A stretch of 64,000 bases of DNA from Gammaproteobacteria bacterium (GCA_050298595.1 JBNKUM010000101.1:96001-160000); one strand, 5' to 3'; positions 1 through 13,070 are shown, numbered from the stretch's first letter. Numbers and translations are program-made. The notes: generated by a model not told the origin, from the sequence alone.

Positions 1-74
1 AGCGGCCTTTATGGATGAAAGTTTTAGCGTGATCGGTACAATACCGCTTTTTCAAGCGAAAACAAACGTACCTT

Positions 75-455
75 ATGACAGTTTATTTAGCCATCGCGCT
101 GGGCGGATCACTGGGTGCGGTCAGTCGATACTGGGTTTCCTCTTCTACCTATGCCTGGTTAGGCGCTGATTTTCCATTTGGTACGCTGATGGTGAATATA
201 AGTGGTTCTCTGTTGATGGGGTTTCTGGCCTTGATATTAACAGAGAAGATAGCGGTTTCAGAAGAGCTTAAGTTTGCGATTCTGGTTGGATTTCTCGGTT
301 CTTACACGACCTTTTCAACCTTTGCTCTGGATGGGTTGAACTGGCTGCATAATGGAGCCTGGATGAAGGCAGCAGCCTATATGCTGTTAAGTGTTTTCGG
401 AAGTTTACTGGGTGTCTGGATAGGTTATCTAGGCGCACGTTTTATCATGAGATAA
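75..455 (+). CDS. crcB: Fluoride efflux channel CrcB/FluC
   Basis: 4-TM protein with GGSLGAVSRY, FPFGTLMVN and GFLGSYTTFSTF motifs. Confidence 0.95.
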   Translation: MTVYLAIALGGSLGAVSRYWVSSSTYAWLGADFPFGTLMVNISGSLLMGFLALILTEKIAVSEELKFAILVGFLGSYTTFSTFALDGLNWLHNGAWMKAAAYMLLSVFGSLLGVWIGYLGARFIMR

Positions 456-459
456 TTAG

Positions 460-1746
<1,287 letters not shown>

Positions 1747-1792
1747 AATCGAAATACCAGGCTAGATTGCTCATTAGCAAAAGGATATAAAG

Positions 1793-2299
1793 ATGAAGTT
1801 ATTTGTGAAGTTAATTTTTGCTGCATTATTTATCGCTGTTATATTGCCTTTTACACTGTTGAAGGGAACTGATGGGCGACCTTTGATGAGTATTAGTGAT
1901 TTGAAAATGCCAGATTTTGGTTTGCCAAAGGTTGTCAAGGATGCAAAATTACCAAAGCTGCCCGTTGGTGATTCATCTAATCAGGATATTATCTACCAAT
2001 GGCGCGGTGCTGAAGGTAGTTTGCACTTCACTTCGCAACCGCCTCCAGAGGGCATTGAATATACTGTCAAGGGTTATGACCCGAGGACTAATCTGATACA
2101 ATCTGTGAAAATCGAAGAGGAACCTAAAGCTAGTGACTTTGATTCTGAACAAAAAGGCAAAGCTCCGGTCAAAGGAGCTTCTGAGATCGGGAATCCATAT
2201 TCACCCGAAAAAGTAGAGAAGCTTTTCAATGATGCTAAGAATATTGAAAAATTGTTAAATGATCGTATGAAACAACAAGAGGCCATGATTGGCCAGTAA
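1793..2299 (+). CDS. DUF4124-type membrane-anchored protein
   Basis: N-terminal TM segment, then IYQWRGAEGSLHFTSQPP resembling the DUF4124 motif. Confidence 0.7.
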   Translation: MKLFVKLIFAALFIAVILPFTLLKGTDGRPLMSISDLKMPDFGLPKVVKDAKLPKLPVGDSSNQDIIYQWRGAEGSLHFTSQPPPEGIEYTVKGYDPRTNLIQSVKIEEEPKASDFDSEQKGKAPVKGASEIGNPYSPEKVEKLFNDAKNIEKLLNDRMKQQEAMIGQ

Positions 2300-2310
2300 C
2301 CAGGAAAAAC

Positions 2311-2805
2311 ATGAAAAAACTATTATCAATTTTTATAATTGCAGTTTCACTTTTTACTACATCGGCCTACGCGGAATTGAAAGCTGCGTTTATAAATAGC
2401 GCAACTATCCTGCAGGAAGCCCCTCAGGCTAAAAAGGCAGTTGAGGATATGAAAAAAGAGTTTCAGGGGCGAGAAGAAGCTATACGCGGATTAGCAGAAG
2501 AAATTCAAAAAGATGAGAAGGAACTGCAGAAAGATGCTGCCATCATGAGCCCTGATCAAAAGGGTAAAATGGAAGCAGCCATACAGGAAAAGAAACGTAA
2601 ACTACGTTTTGATGCTCAATCCCTGAAAGAAGACGTTGATCTACGTCGTAAACAGGAGATTGAAAAAATAAGAACTGAGATATCAGCTGTTATTAATGAA
2701 TACTCAAAAAAGCATGGTTATGATCTGGTTTTCACTCAGGGTGTAGCATTTGCAGCTGAAAAGGTTGATATTACTCAGGATATTCTGAAAGAACTAAATA
2801 AATAA
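2311..2805 (+). CDS. skp: OmpH/Skp family periplasmic chaperone
   Basis: Signal peptide, long coiled coil, GYDLVF...VDITQDILKEL C-terminus. Confidence 0.88.
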   Translation: MKKLLSIFIIAVSLFTTSAYAELKAAFINSATILQEAPQAKKAVEDMKKEFQGREEAIRGLAEEIQKDEKELQKDAAIMSPDQKGKMEAAIQEKKRKLRFDAQSLKEDVDLRRKQEIEKIRTEISAVINEYSKKHGYDLVFTQGVAFAAEKVDITQDILKELNK

Positions 2806-2807
2806 TA

Positions 2808-4928
2808 TTATCGCCTGCGGCTTTTAGCCGATCTGGCTGATGCTTTATGCAAAGCAGTATTCCTGGGATACTGCTTCTTTTGTGGGCGAGTCTTATTATC
2901 TCGCTCATCTTTAGGTTGCCATGCGGGCACCAGATGCTGTTTGCCATTACCGATTAAGTCACTCCGCCCCATATTCTTTAAGGCCGTTCTAATCAGTGGC
3001 CAGTTGAGGGGATCGTGATAACGTAAAAATGCCTTGTGCAATTTACGTTGCTCCGCACTTTTGATGACTCTTACTTTCTCCGAGCGGTGGTTGATCTTAC
3101 CTAATGGATTTTTACCGCTATGGTACATTGCAGAAGCGATAGCCAGTGGCGTGGGTAAAAATGCCTGTACCTGATCAGGTTTAAAATCATTCTGTTTTAA
3201 CCATAGTGCAAGGTTTAACATGTCTGTATCGCTGGTGCCTGGATGAGCGCTAATAAAATAGGGAATAAGATATTGTTCCTTTCCCACTTCGCGTGAATAT
3301 TGCTCGAATAGTTTCTTAAATTCGTAATAGCTATCCACACCGGGTTTCATCATCTTTGACAACGGGCCATCTTCTATATGTTCCGGTGCAATTTTTAGAT
3401 AGCCCCCTACATGATGCTGGGTCAATTCCTTGATGTATTCTGGTGACTTAATCGCCAGGTCGTAACGTAAGCCAGAGGCAACATGGACTCTTTTTATACC
3501 TTTTAATGAACGTGCGCGTTGGTATAAATTAATTAATGGGCCATGGTCGGTATTCAGGTTTTTGCAAATGCCCGGATATACGCAGGACAGGCGTCGACAG
3601 GATTGCTCGATCTCTTTACTCTTACATCGCAACTGATACATATTCGCAGTAGGACCACCAACATCGGATATGTGTCCGGTGAATTTATCATCGTTATCGC
3701 GTATGGTTTCGATCTCTCGTATCACGGAATCTTCCGAACGACTTTGAATGATTCGCCCTTCATGTTCAGTGATTGAGCAGAAGGTACATCCACCGAAACA
3801 GCCACGCATGATATTTACCGAGTGACGAATCATTTCCCAGGCGGGAATGCGATCATTGCCATAAGCAGGGTGAGGACGTCGTGCATAGGGCATTTCAAAC
3901 ACTTTATCCAGTTCGTTGGTTTCCAGTGGAAAAGGTGGTGGGTTGATCCATAGATAGTGTTTACCATGCGCCTGTACCAATGCACGAGCATTGCCAGGAT
4001 TGGTCTCTAGATGAAAAACCCGTGATGCATGTGCGTACAGAGGCTTGCTTTTACTGACCTGCTCAAAGCTGGGCATTTTGATTACGGTATTGCTACGTTC
4101 AATGCGTTTTGGACGAATATCAAAGTCGGTTTTTACTTTGATTTCTGACTTTTCATCACATTCGGGAATTTCCTGATAAGGGCTCACTATTTTTTCAATT
4201 TTACCGGGAGAGTCTATCTCGGTTGAATCGATGACAGACCAGCCTGCAGGAATCTCATCCACTAAGTAGGCGGTACCGCGTATATCCTTGATATCTTTAA
4301 TACTCTCATTAGATGCCAGGCGGTGAGCGAGTTCGACTATGGCACGCTCTGCATTGCCAAATAACAGGATATCGGCACTAGAATCGACCAGTACAGATTG
4401 TCGAACCTTATCCTGCCAATAGTCATAATGCGCAATACGACGCAAACTGGCTTCGATACCGCCGATAATGATGGGTGTATCGCTATAAACCTGGCGAATT
4501 TTCTGGCTATACACCAATACAGCTCGGTCCGGGCGTTTGCCGGCTACTCCCAGAGGGGTATAAGCATCGTCACTACGTATTTTGCGGTCTGAGGTATAGT
4601 GATTGACCAATGAGTCCATATTCCCAGCTGTGACCCCAAAAAATAGATTCGGCTTGCCCAGTTGCGAGAAGCTGGAAAGGTCATTCCAGTCCGGCTGTGC
4701 AATAATACCGACACGAAAGCCCTGTGATTCAAGCACACGGCCAATCACAGCCATTCCAAAACTCGGATGATCGATATAGGCATCGCCTGTGACCAAAATA
4801 ATGTCACAGCTATCCCAGCCTAGTTGATCCATCTCAGCTCTAGTCATCGGCAAAACAGAGGCATTGCCATAGCGGATTGCCCAGTAGGGGCGATAGGAAA
4901 ACAGGTTTTTGGGTTGAGGGATTGTCAT
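2808..4928 (-). CDS. ygiQ: YgiQ (UPF0313) family radical SAM protein
   Basis: [23 protein letters not shown]-terminus; CFGGCTFC (CxxxCxxC) motif. Confidence 0.93.
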   Translation of the reverse strand: MTIPQPKNLFSYRPYWAIRYGNASVLPMTRAEMDQLGWDSCDIILVTGDAYIDHPSFGMAVIGRVLESQGFRVGIIAQPDWNDLSSFSQLGKPNLFFGVTAGNMDSLVNHYTSDRKIRSDDAYTPLGVAGKRPDRAVLVYSQKIRQVYSDTPIIIGGIEASLRRIAHYDYWQDKVRQSVLVDSSADILLFGNAERAIVELAHRLASNESIKDIKDIRGTAYLVDEIPAGWSVIDSTEIDSPGKIEKIVSPYQEIPECDEKSEIKVKTDFDIRPKRIERSNTVIKMPSFEQVSKSKPLYAHASRVFHLETNPGNARALVQAHGKHYLWINPPPFPLETNELDKVFEMPYARRPHPAYGNDRIPAWEMIRHSVNIMRGCFGGCTFCSITEHEGRIIQSRSEDSVIREIETIRDNDDKFTGHISDVGGPTANMYQLRCKSKEIEQSCRRLSCVYPGICKNLNTDHGPLINLYQRARSLKGIKRVHVASGLRYDLAIKSPEYIKELTQHHVGGYLKIAPEHIEDGPLSKMMKPGVDSYYEFKKLFEQYSREVGKEQYLIPYFISAHPGTSDTDMLNLALWLKQNDFKPDQVQAFLPTPLAIASAMYHSGKNPLGKINHRSEKVRVIKSAEQRKLHKAFLRYHDPLNWPLIRTALKNMGRSDLIGNGKQHLVPAWQPKDERDNKTRPQKKQYPRNTALHKASARSAKSRRR

Positions 4929-4968
4929 CAGTTACAATTCATAGAGATTAATAAATATAAGATTGCTC

Positions 4969-5349
4969 ATGTCCAAAATAGACATCATTTCAATTGTCGA
5001 ATCCTCCATGCACCCGAATTATAGCGGGTTATACGCAAGAAAAGGCCTGCATGAAGTAAAGGTTAATAGTATTCGCAAAGCCATAAACCTGATCAAAAAA
5101 GAAACACCACGTTATATCGTGGCTGAATTTTTTTATGCCTACAGTACAAACTATAGCGGTGTGCATAAATCTAATCTGGATGTTTTGCTAGTGAGTTTAA
5201 GAAAATACGCTCCACATACACGAGTCATAGTATTTTCGGATAAAGACGATGCTCAATATATTAAAGTACTGGATTCGTTAGAATACCCGCTACATGGCTT
5301 ACTTATTCATCCATCAAAGGAGTCAGATATTGCGCAACTACTGGTCTGA
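4969..5349 (+). CDS. Hypothetical protein, pseudo-receiver-like fold
   Basis: beta/alpha pattern (IISIVE; PRYIVAEF; RVIVFS; HP) like a receiver domain with Glu at the phospho-Asp position; ATG 4969 preferred over TTG 4963. Confidence 0.6.
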   Translation: MSKIDIISIVESSMHPNYSGLYARKGLHEVKVNSIRKAINLIKKETPRYIVAEFFYAYSTNYSGVHKSNLDVLLVSLRKYAPHTRVIVFSDKDDAQYIKVLDSLEYPLHGLLIHPSKESDIAQLLV

Positions 5350-5403
5350 ATAAGGATGACAGGGTCATTATTCAATAACCAGAATTTATTGTAAGCGAAC
5401 ACA

Positions 5404-5565
5404 AGGAGTCTGTCGGATTAAGGATGAATTTACTGCGGAGAAGACATTTTGGCCAACAATCCGATCATTTTCGTTAAATAGGCTCATTATTCGCCTCAAA
5501 TGATCGAAATATTTGACTCAAAATGCCATTCCCTCGCTACGATCACCTAAAACCGGCAGGCTCCT
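5404..5565. mobile_element. MITE-like palindromic element, 162 bp
   Basis: Terminal inverted repeats aggagtctgtcggattaagg / cctaaaaccggcaggctcct (16/20 match) plus internal dyad symmetry; non-coding. Confidence 0.75.
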
Positions 5566-5622
5566 GGCCAAGATAACTTTAGTCATAGTGTTGCTGCAAC
5601 TTATACAATTATATTTATCCAT

Positions 5623-5654
5623 ATGCTACCGACCGATTTACAGGTCGGTAGCGT
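5623..5654 (-). terminator. Stem-loop downstream of rne
   Basis: gctaccgacc-N8-ggtcggtagc perfect 10-bp stem about 30 nt after the rne stop; U-tract weak. Confidence 0.6.
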
Positions 5655-5680
5655 AAATCCTGGGCAATATTCTCTCAGAT

Positions 5681-8668
5681 TTAAGCAGCGGGAGGTTTAT
5701 TATCCTGGCTGGACAAAATTTGGGGTGCTACATCAACGGCTTTAGGTGGTGTTGCTTGCATAGCTTCTGGCTTTACAGGTTTTTCAACCGGCTTAGGCGT
5801 AGCAATAGTCTCAACCTTCGGTGATGTTTGAGGCTCGGGTTTTGGCGACGGTGCTGGTGCTAGTTGAGCTTCTGGCTTAGCTTCCACCTTGGCAGGAGCT
5901 GCTACCTGAGGTGCCGGTTGGGGGCTGGCCTCTGGTGTTGCTGAAGCAGGTGTGGAGCCTTTATTGGCCTCTGGTGTTGGTACAGGTTTAACCTCTTTAA
6001 TAGCCGCTGGTGTAGTTGGCGTAGCAGAAGGCTTATTCTCAACCCTGGGCTCAGGTTTTGAACCGGAAGCAGGCCTGTTTTCTATCTTCGACTCGGATTG
6101 GTTTGTAGGAACAGGTTTGTTCTCAGCTACTGCCTGTGGTTTTAGAGTAGCTGCAGGGGATGGCTGAATATCTATAGTAGCTTGTGTTCTTTGCTGCTGA
6201 GGTTTTATCTCAGGGATAGCTTCTGATTTTACGTTTTGATCAGGTCTGTTTTCAGGACCAACTGAAGGTGCTGCTTTAGGCTCAGGTCTTGCCTCAGCTT
6301 TTACCGTGGTGTCATTTTTCGGTGTATTTCCACTGCGGTTATTAGAGCTATCCTGGGTTGCTGCTACATCGGGCTTTTCATCAACAGGTGGCTGATTATT
6401 ACCTTGCGCAGGGTTATTAACGTCAGGCTGTGTAGGCTCTTGTGGGGTCGTATCAGCTTTATTCGCACTGTCTTTAGATGCCGCTTGTTCTCCGGTATTT
6501 CTTCTAGGCCCTGAGGAACGGCGACGAGAGGGGTTGGAAGATAGCTTACGTTCACGTGTTTCAGGTTGCGTATTGCTATCTGATTGAGCAGATGTGCTAG
6601 TTTCCTGCTTGTTTCCCTCATTGCTACTTTGATCGCTGGTGTTTTCACTATTCTGACGTTTGTTCGCGTTACGGTTACGATTACGGTTGCGGTTGCGGGT
6701 GCGTGGTTTAGAAGATTGCGTACGAGATTCTTCTGAATCCTGTTGAGGAGCAGCCTTGTTTGTATTCGCTTTCTTGGTATCGGGCTGATTTACCGGGGTG
6801 TCAGTCTCAGCGTCACGACGATTTTTCTGATTTGGATTGCGGTTGCTATTACGATTACGATTGCGGTTTTGAGCATTGGTATTAGCATTAGCACTACGTG
6901 GGCGGTTACGATTATTACTATTTGCCTTGTTTTGCTCTTCAACTTTCTCTGGCTTTTCTTTTTTTCCATTGCCAAAAATTGCGCTGATTACCTTGCTAAT
7001 CAAGCCAGCCTCTTTTGGCGTTTCAACTACTATAGGAGCAATTTTTGGCTTTTGTGCAGGAGGAGTAATCTGCTGAACTGCGGCAATTTGTGCAGGTGCT
7101 GCTGACTGTGCTCTTGATTCAGGTGTATATACCGGAATATCTTCACTAGCAAGCTCATATGAGCTCTTATAGCTAGACTCATGTCGATGAGTATCGTTAT
7201 CTCGTACACGCTCTATTGAAAAGTGTGGTGTTTCAAGATTTGGGTCGGGAACGATGACGCAATGTACCTTACAGCGGTCTTCAATATCAGTAATCTTGGA
7301 GCGTTTCTCATTCAACAGATATGTGGCGCATTCAACGGGTAGTTTGGTCAGAATCCGACCTGTGTTCTCTTTTAAAGCTTCTTCTTCTAATAGACGTAAT
7401 ACTGAGAGCGATAGTGATTCAACATCACGAATGGTGCCCTGGCCCTGGCATCTGGGGCAAACGATCTGGCTTGATTCACCCAATGATGGGCGCAGGCGCT
7501 GACGTGACATTTCAAGTAAACCGAAACGCGATATACGACCTATCTGGACTCTCGCGCGGTCTTCATAGACGGCACGTCTGAGGCGTTGCTCTACCTCACG
7601 CTGATTTTTGTTTTTCATCATATCGATGAAATCAATCACCAGTAATCCACCAAGGTCGCGAATTCTCAATTGGCGAGCAATTTCATCAGCGGCTTCCAGG
7701 TTGGTATTTAAGGCAGTTTCTTCGATATCGCCACCTTTGGTTGCACGTGCAGAGTTAATATCTATAGAAGTCAAAGCTTCTGTTGGATCAATAACAATAG
7801 CGCCACCAGAAGGCAGGTTTACGGTTCTGGTAAATGCCGATTCGATCTGGTTTTCAATCTGGAAACGGTTGAATAGAGGTTGTGTGTCATTATAGAGCTT
7901 CAGTTTGTGCAGTGCGTTTGGCATAACCATGGACATGAATTCATGGGCTCGGGTAAACGCACTTTTTGAATCGATGAGGATTTCACCGATCTCATTTTTA
8001 TAATGATCACGTAAGGCACGGATAACAATATCGCTTTCCTGATAAATCAGGAATGGGGCGGGTTTTTCTTTAGAGGCCTTAACAATGGCTTCCCATAACT
8101 GGTTAAGGTAATCAAGATCCCATTGCATTTCTTCTGTCGTTCGACCTACGCCAGCTGTGCGAGCTATAACGCCCATGTTTTTGGGCATATCCAGCTCAGA
8201 CATGACCTTTCTAACCTCGTCGCGGTCATCTCCCTCGATACGACGAGAAACTCCCCCAGCACGTGGATTCTGCGGCATCGCCACCAGAAAACGACCAGCC
8301 AGACTAACAAAGCTGGTTAAAGCGGCACCTTTATTGCCGCGTTCTTCCTTTTCAACCTGGACAATAATTTCCTGATTAACCTTAACAGCATCTTTAATAC
8401 TACCGCGGCCATCTTCGGCTTTAGCGTCTTCGCTGAAATAATCGCGGGAAATTTCCTTGAACGGCAGAAAGCCATGACGCTCAGCGCCATAATTAACAAA
8501 AGCGGCTTCCAGACTGGGTTCTACACGGGTGATGACACCCTTGTAGATGTTAGATTTTTTCTGCTCTCGTGAGGGTACTTCTATATCGAGATCGTAGATA
8601 AGCTGGCCATCGACCATAGCTACGCGTAGTTCTTCTGCCTGAGTGGCATTGATAAGAATTCTTTTCAT
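5681..8668 (-). CDS. rne: Ribonuclease E
   Basis: [17 protein letters not shown] start, S1 domain, [15 protein letters not shown] Zn link, long disordered C-terminal region. Confidence 0.98.
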   Translation of the reverse strand: MKRILINATQAEELRVAMVDGQLIYDLDIEVPSREQKKSNIYKGVITRVEPSLEAAFVNYGAERHGFLPFKEISRDYFSEDAKAEDGRGSIKDAVKVNQEIIVQVEKEERGNKGAALTSFVSLAGRFLVAMPQNPRAGGVSRRIEGDDRDEVRKVMSELDMPKNMGVIARTAGVGRTTEEMQWDLDYLNQLWEAIVKASKEKPAPFLIYQESDIVIRALRDHYKNEIGEILIDSKSAFTRAHEFMSMVMPNALHKLKLYNDTQPLFNRFQIENQIESAFTRTVNLPSGGAIVIDPTEALTSIDINSARATKGGDIEETALNTNLEAADEIARQLRIRDLGGLLVIDFIDMMKNKNQREVEQRLRRAVYEDRARVQIGRISRFGLLEMSRQRLRPSLGESSQIVCPRCQGQGTIRDVESLSLSVLRLLEEEALKENTGRILTKLPVECATYLLNEKRSKITDIEDRCKVHCVIVPDPNLETPHFSIERVRDNDTHRHESSYKSSYELASEDIPVYTPESRAQSAAPAQIAAVQQITPPAQKPKIAPIVVETPKEAGLISKVISAIFGNGKKEKPEKVEEQNKANSNNRNRPRSANANTNAQNRNRNRNSNRNPNQKNRRDAETDTPVNQPDTKKANTNKAAPQQDSEESRTQSSKPRTRNRNRNRNRNANKRQNSENTSDQSSNEGNKQETSTSAQSDSNTQPETRERKLSSNPSRRRSSGPRRNTGEQAASKDSANKADTTPQEPTQPDVNNPAQGNNQPPVDEKPDVAATQDSSNNRSGNTPKNDTTVKAEARPEPKAAPSVGPENRPDQNVKSEAIPEIKPQQQRTQATIDIQPSPAATLKPQAVAENKPVPTNQSESKIENRPASGSKPEPRVENKPSATPTTPAAIKEVKPVPTPEANKGSTPASATPEASPQPAPQVAAPAKVEAKPEAQLAPAPSPKPEPQTSPKVETIATPKPVEKPVKPEAMQATPPKAVDVAPQILSSQDNKPPAA

Positions 8669-9006
8669 TTAATGATTTGCCTTGTGTAGTTCGCAGCAGG
8701 CAGGTCTCAGCATGGCCGTTTTCCAGATGTGGAGTCGGCTCATTGTTTTGCTTCTGAATGAAATCAAAGGGTTGGGTAACCCGCGCATAAGCGCTGAAAT
8801 ACTGTTTCAGTATCAGATTTATAATTACGAGACTGTGCATAGCGAATGAGTTAAACTGTGGTCTTTGACACGAAGTTGTCGGACCTTAATAAAGATCGGG
8901 TACGTAAAGTCACCTGATCTTGAAAATAGTGTGTAGTCTTTCAGCTTTTAAACTTGTTGACCACAATCCGACGAATATAACAACACATTCCTGATACTGC
9001 AATCTT

Positions 9007-9990
9007 TTGGATAAAAAATCTCCTTACTCAAGCGTTCAGCTGGTTACTATTGCTGATACTCAAGCTGGCCAGCGATTAGATAATTTTCTAATTAAAACGT
9101 TAAAGAACCTACCGAAAAGTCACCTGTATCGCATTATCCGTAAGGGTGAAGTGAGGGTGAATAAAAAACGCGTAAAACCAGAATACAAGCTTTTAAGTGG
9201 TGACATACTAAGGCTTCCACCGCTCCAGCTTGAGCCTCCAGTAAATGAAACCGTTCAGATTCCTGATAAGTTAAGCAAATTGCTTGAGTCACGGATTCTT
9301 TACGAAGATGAGCACATTCTCATCCTCAATAAACCCGAAGGACTGGCTGTTCACTCTGGTTCTGGATTGAAGTACGGAGTGATAGATGTGCTCAGGCCCA
9401 TGCGTGCAGATGTAGAACTTGAGTTAGTGCACCGTCTGGATCGGGATACCAGTGGCTGCCTGCTGTTAGCAAAAAACCGTGCGGCGCTACTCGAAATGCA
9501 GCGTATTTTGCAAAATAATTCAATGCGAAAGAACTACCTGGCTCTGGTCAAAGGGCTTTGGGATAAGAATAAGCTCAAGGTAGCGCTGCCATTATTAAAA
9601 CAGACTATGCCCAATGGTGAGCGCAGGGTTTACGTGGATGAACGTGGTCAGGTTGCCGATACGCGCATAAATGGAATTAGCCACTATAATCAGGCAGGTA
9701 TTAAATTTAGTGTACTGGATATAAATTTAATGACCGGAAGAACCCATCAGATCCGTGTGCATTGTCAATCTCAGCATCATGAAATTGCCGGAGATGATAA
9801 ATATGGCGACCGAAAATTTAATAAACTAATGAAGGGGCTTGGATGTCATAGGTTGATGTTACATGCCTTAAGACTTGAAATTCCCGCTAATGTCTATACT
9901 AAGAAGCTGGATATCTTAGCCCCTCAACCATCCGAATTTAGGAGATTTACAGAGCATGAAGTCTGGAAAGTATCAACTGATCATCTTTGA
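9007..9990 (+). CDS. rluC: 23S rRNA pseudouridine synthase RluC
   Basis: S4 domain (GQRLDNFL), HRLDRDTSG, GRTHQIRVH; divergent from rne as usual. Confidence 0.93.
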   Translation: MDKKSPYSSVQLVTIADTQAGQRLDNFLIKTLKNLPKSHLYRIIRKGEVRVNKKRVKPEYKLLSGDILRLPPLQLEPPVNETVQIPDKLSKLLESRILYEDEHILILNKPEGLAVHSGSGLKYGVIDVLRPMRADVELELVHRLDRDTSGCLLLAKNRAALLEMQRILQNNSMRKNYLALVKGLWDKNKLKVALPLLKQTMPNGERRVYVDERGQVADTRINGISHYNQAGIKFSVLDINLMTGRTHQIRVHCQSQHHEIAGDDKYGDRKFNKLMKGLGCHRLMLHALRLEIPANVYTKKLDILAPQPSEFRRFTEHEVWKVSTDHL

Positions 9991-10603
9991 CTGGGATGGC
10001 ACTATCATCGACTCCCAGGCTCATATTATAAACAGTATGCAGAAAGCAATGGCCGACGAGAACCTGCCAATGCCTCGGGATGATGAAGTTAGACATGTCA
10101 TAGGTTTAAGTTTGGACAGTGTGATTCTATCGCTGCTTCCAGAGTTGAATGACACCACTGTTAATCGGATCTCTGATAACTATCGGCGGCATTTTTTTGC
10201 GAATATCAATCAGTCCAGGTTGTTTGATGGAGTTGCTGAAACCATTCAGGATCTGCACGCCAGTGGTTACTTCTTAGCGGTTGCCACGGGTAAAGGCCGC
10301 AGAGGACTAGACCTTGCGTTGAAAAATACCGGGCTGGAGCCGTTTTTTCACATCACCCGTTGTGCTGATGAAACCCGTTCCAAGCCCGATCCTTTAATGC
10401 TTGACGAGATTCTAACCGATCTCGATCTTGCAGTAGAAAATGCGATTATGGTTGGTGATACAAGTTATGACATGGATATGGCAGGCAATATCAAGATGGA
10501 TTGCGTCGCAGTAACCTATGGCATGCATAATGCGGAACATCTAAAAACAAGCAATCCTACCTATTTAATCGATTCTATCGATCAGTTATCTCAATACGTT
10601 TAA
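9956..10603 (+). CDS. HAD-IA family hydrolase (phosphoglycolate phosphatase-like)
   Basis: FDWDGT motif I, ATGK, KPDP, MVGDT. Confidence 0.9.
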   Translation: MKSGKYQLIIFDWDGTIIDSQAHIINSMQKAMADENLPMPRDDEVRHVIGLSLDSVILSLLPELNDTTVNRISDNYRRHFFANINQSRLFDGVAETIQDLHASGYFLAVATGKGRRGLDLALKNTGLEPFFHITRCADETRSKPDPLMLDEILTDLDLAVENAIMVGDTSYDMDMAGNIKMDCVAVTYGMHNAEHLKTSNPTYLIDSIDQLSQYV

Positions 10604-10615
10604 ACCGAGACACCC

Positions 10616-11614
10616 ATGGAACAAAATCAGTCTGAAAATACCATACCAGAAGTAACACCAGAAGTAACAAGCTCAGCTGAGTACGAAGCAATCGTCCAAC
10701 GTCTGGCATTTGCAGCTATCAATGAACAGCGCCGCAGTCGCCGCTGGAGAATATTTTTCCTCATTCTGACCTTTATCTATTTGACGCCAGTCGTTTTATT
10801 AATGCTCGATATCAACGATATGAATTTCCTGAATATGAAAAAAGGGGGTACCGATAAACACACAGCATTAGTAAGAATGAATGGCATTATTGCAGGGGAT
10901 AGCGAAGCCAGTGCCGAGAATATTATCGGTGGATTACAGGATGCCTTCGCAGATAAAAATACAGCTGGCGTGATTCTGGAAATCAATTCACCTGGTGGCT
11001 CACCAGTACAATCTGCTTATATATACGATGAAATTATACGCCTTAAAGAGGAGCATAAAGATATTCCTCTGCATGTAGTGGTTACCGATATGGCTGCATC
11101 AGGTGGGTATTTTGTCGCTGCGGCTGCGGATAATATTTACGTCAACAAATCCAGTCTGGTCGGCTCTATCGGCGTCAGAATGGATAGCTTTGGTCTGGTT
11201 GGTCTGATAGAAAAGCTGGGCATAGAACGCAGATTGTTAACAGCAGGCGAACACAAGGGCTTGCTGGATCCTTTTCTGCCTCAGAATGAAATGGAAAAAC
11301 AGCACTTACAAGGCATGTTAGATCAGGTGCACGGTCATTTTATCGATGCGGTTAAGCAGGGCAGAGGTGAGCGTTTGAAACAATCACCTGATCTTTTCAG
11401 TGGCCTGGTTTGGTCAGGTGATGAAGCGATTAAACTTGGGCTGGCAGATGACTTTGGTAGTGCATATCAGGTCGCAAGGGATGTCATAAAGCAGGAAACA
11501 ATCGTTGATTTTACAAACAAGGAATTGCTGCTGGATAGAATCGCTAACCGTGTAGGAGCGTCTTTCGGTGCTAGTATCAATCAACTCATCTTTTCAGAGC
11601 TGAAATTAAACTAG
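10616..11614 (+). CDS. sppA: S49 family signal peptide peptidase (SppA-like)
   Basis: INSPGGSPVQS, AASGGY, VGSIGV motifs; N-terminal TM. Confidence 0.88.
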   Translation: MEQNQSENTIPEVTPEVTSSAEYEAIVQRLAFAAINEQRRSRRWRIFFLILTFIYLTPVVLLMLDINDMNFLNMKKGGTDKHTALVRMNGIIAGDSEASAENIIGGLQDAFADKNTAGVILEINSPGGSPVQSAYIYDEIIRLKEEHKDIPLHVVVTDMAASGGYFVAAAADNIYVNKSSLVGSIGVRMDSFGLVGLIEKLGIERRLLTAGEHKGLLDPFLPQNEMEKQHLQGMLDQVHGHFIDAVKQGRGERLKQSPDLFSGLVWSGDEAIKLGLADDFGSAYQVARDVIKQETIVDFTNKELLLDRIANRVGASFGASINQLIFSELKLN

Positions 11615-11627
11615 TGCGCTGGTATAC

Positions 11628-12224
11628 CTAAACGACCCGGTATCCAGCCTGTTCCAGCATGCTAGTCAAACGTATTAATGGCAAGCCTACCAGGGCAGTT
11701 GGGTCATCTCCAGATAGATAGCTGAAAAGACTAATACCATAGCCTTCAGATTTAAAGCTGCCTGCGCAGTTGTAGGGTTGCTCTACATGCAGGTAGTTTT
11801 CCAGCTGATCATCGCCAAGTTCACGAAATCCCACTCGAAACTCGATACAATCGGTGACCTGGAAGTTTTTATCAGCCTGCTGAACAGAGACTCCCGTATA
11901 AAAAACCACTTCACGACCACGGGCATTCTGTAACTGCCTGAGAGCATTCTCATGATTACCGGGTTTGCCCAGAATAGTACCGTCAAGATAGGCACATTGG
12001 TCTGAGCCGATTACCAGAGCAGTGGGGTTTTGCAGAGCAATATACTCTGCCTTTTGTCGCGCTAACCTGGATACATATTCAATAGCATCCTCATCGGGCA
12101 GTATTGATTCGTCGATATCAGGAGAAATTGATCTGAACGGGAAATTGAGGCGATTTAATAATTCCTGGCGAAAAGGCGAGCTTGAAGCAAGGATAACTTC
12201 AGGTAGATTCATGAATGGATTCAA
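11628..12224 (-). CDS. maf: Maf family nucleotide pyrophosphatase (YceF-like)
   Basis: ILASSSPFR, IGSDQ, LGKPG, CAGSFKSEG; conserved position opposite yceD. Confidence 0.92.
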   Translation of the reverse strand: MNPFMNLPEVILASSSPFRQELLNRLNFPFRSISPDIDESILPDEDAIEYVSRLARQKAEYIALQNPTALVIGSDQCAYLDGTILGKPGNHENALRQLQNARGREVVFYTGVSVQQADKNFQVTDCIEFRVGFRELGDDQLENYLHVEQPYNCAGSFKSEGYGISLFSYLSGDDPTALVGLPLIRLTSMLEQAGYRVV

Positions 12225-12305
12225 CGTAATGCGGATAAAAAAGTGATTATATTATAAATTACTGTTTCCGGGCAGATAGAAATGGCCTATTTAATGCTTT
12301 AGGCG

Positions 12306-12335
12306 TAGACAAGAGGCTGAGGAAACGGTTAGAAT
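12306..12335 (+). promoter_or_regulatory. Putative sigma70 promoter of yceD-rpmF-plsX
   Basis: TAGACA-18-TAGAAT then GC-rich cgcgcg, ending 9 nt before the yceD ATG. Confidence 0.5.
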
Positions 12336-12344
12336 CGCGCGTTT

Positions 12345-12854
12345 ATGCAAGGCAAGTTAAAACGTACTTATAGGACATCCTCCGAACTGACCCGAAAAGC
12401 TGATTATATCGGCGTAATCCCATTGACAGAAATGCCTAGATTACAGAGTCTTACTCTCCCATCTGAGGGTGAAGTCAGGGTGTCATTTAATTTCGGTTTT
12501 AACCTTTTAAAACATGCTGTGATAAAAGGTGAGTACGCTACGGATGTCGTGGTGGAATGCCAACGATGCCTTGAACCGATGACGCATACTATCGATCAGA
12601 GTTTTGAATTGCTGATTGATGCTAAAGATGAAGATATAGAATCTTTTCAGTTAGATTCGGTTTATACCAGTGAGGGTTATCTTGATGTATTTGAAGTGAT
12701 TGAAGATGAGCTGATACTGGCTCTCCCTATTATCATGATGCATAAAGATTCCTCCTGTAATACTTATTTGCAACCGGAGCCTGTAGAAGAGGTTGCGGTT
12801 GAGAAAAAAGACAATCCTTTCGCCGTATTAGAAACGTTGAAAGGCAGTAATTAA
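12345..12854 (+). CDS. yceD: YceD (DUF177) 23S rRNA accumulation protein
   Basis: CQRCL, IEDELILALP, NPFAVL; upstream of rpmF. Confidence 0.92.
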   Translation: MQGKLKRTYRTSSELTRKADYIGVIPLTEMPRLQSLTLPSEGEVRVSFNFGFNLLKHAVIKGEYATDVVVECQRCLEPMTHTIDQSFELLIDAKDEDIESFQLDSVYTSEGYLDVFEVIEDELILALPIIMMHKDSSCNTYLQPEPVEEVAVEKKDNPFAVLETLKGSN

Positions 12855-12875
12855 CTTTAATGTTGGAGAATATCA

Positions 12876-13070
12876 ATGGCTGTTCAAAAAAGTCGTAAAA
12901 CCCCGTCTCGTCGTGGTATGCGTCGTTCACACGATGCTCTATCTGGACCAGCACTTTCAATCGAATCAACAACCGGTGAAACACATCTGCGTCATCACGT
13001 CAGTGAAGATGGTTTCTACCGTGGTCGCAAAGTGATCGCTGATAAAGTTGAAGCTGACGACGAAGAATAG
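12876..13070 (+). CDS. rpmF: 50S ribosomal protein L32
   Basis: [20 protein letters not shown]...HLRHH...GFYRGRKV. Confidence 0.98.
   Translation: MAVQKSRKTPSRRGMRRSHDALSGPALSIESTTGETHLRHHVSEDGFYRGRKVIADKVEADDEE

Noticed and set aside
1-74. Fluoride riboswitch upstream of crcB
   Set aside because: No GGCGATGG...GCTGATGAC-type core in the 74 nt available; sequence further upstream is outside the window
5681-7100. Asn/Arg and Pro/Ala repeats and antisense ORFs in rne
   Set aside because: Expected low-complexity RNase E C-terminal region; the overlapping ORFs are shadows
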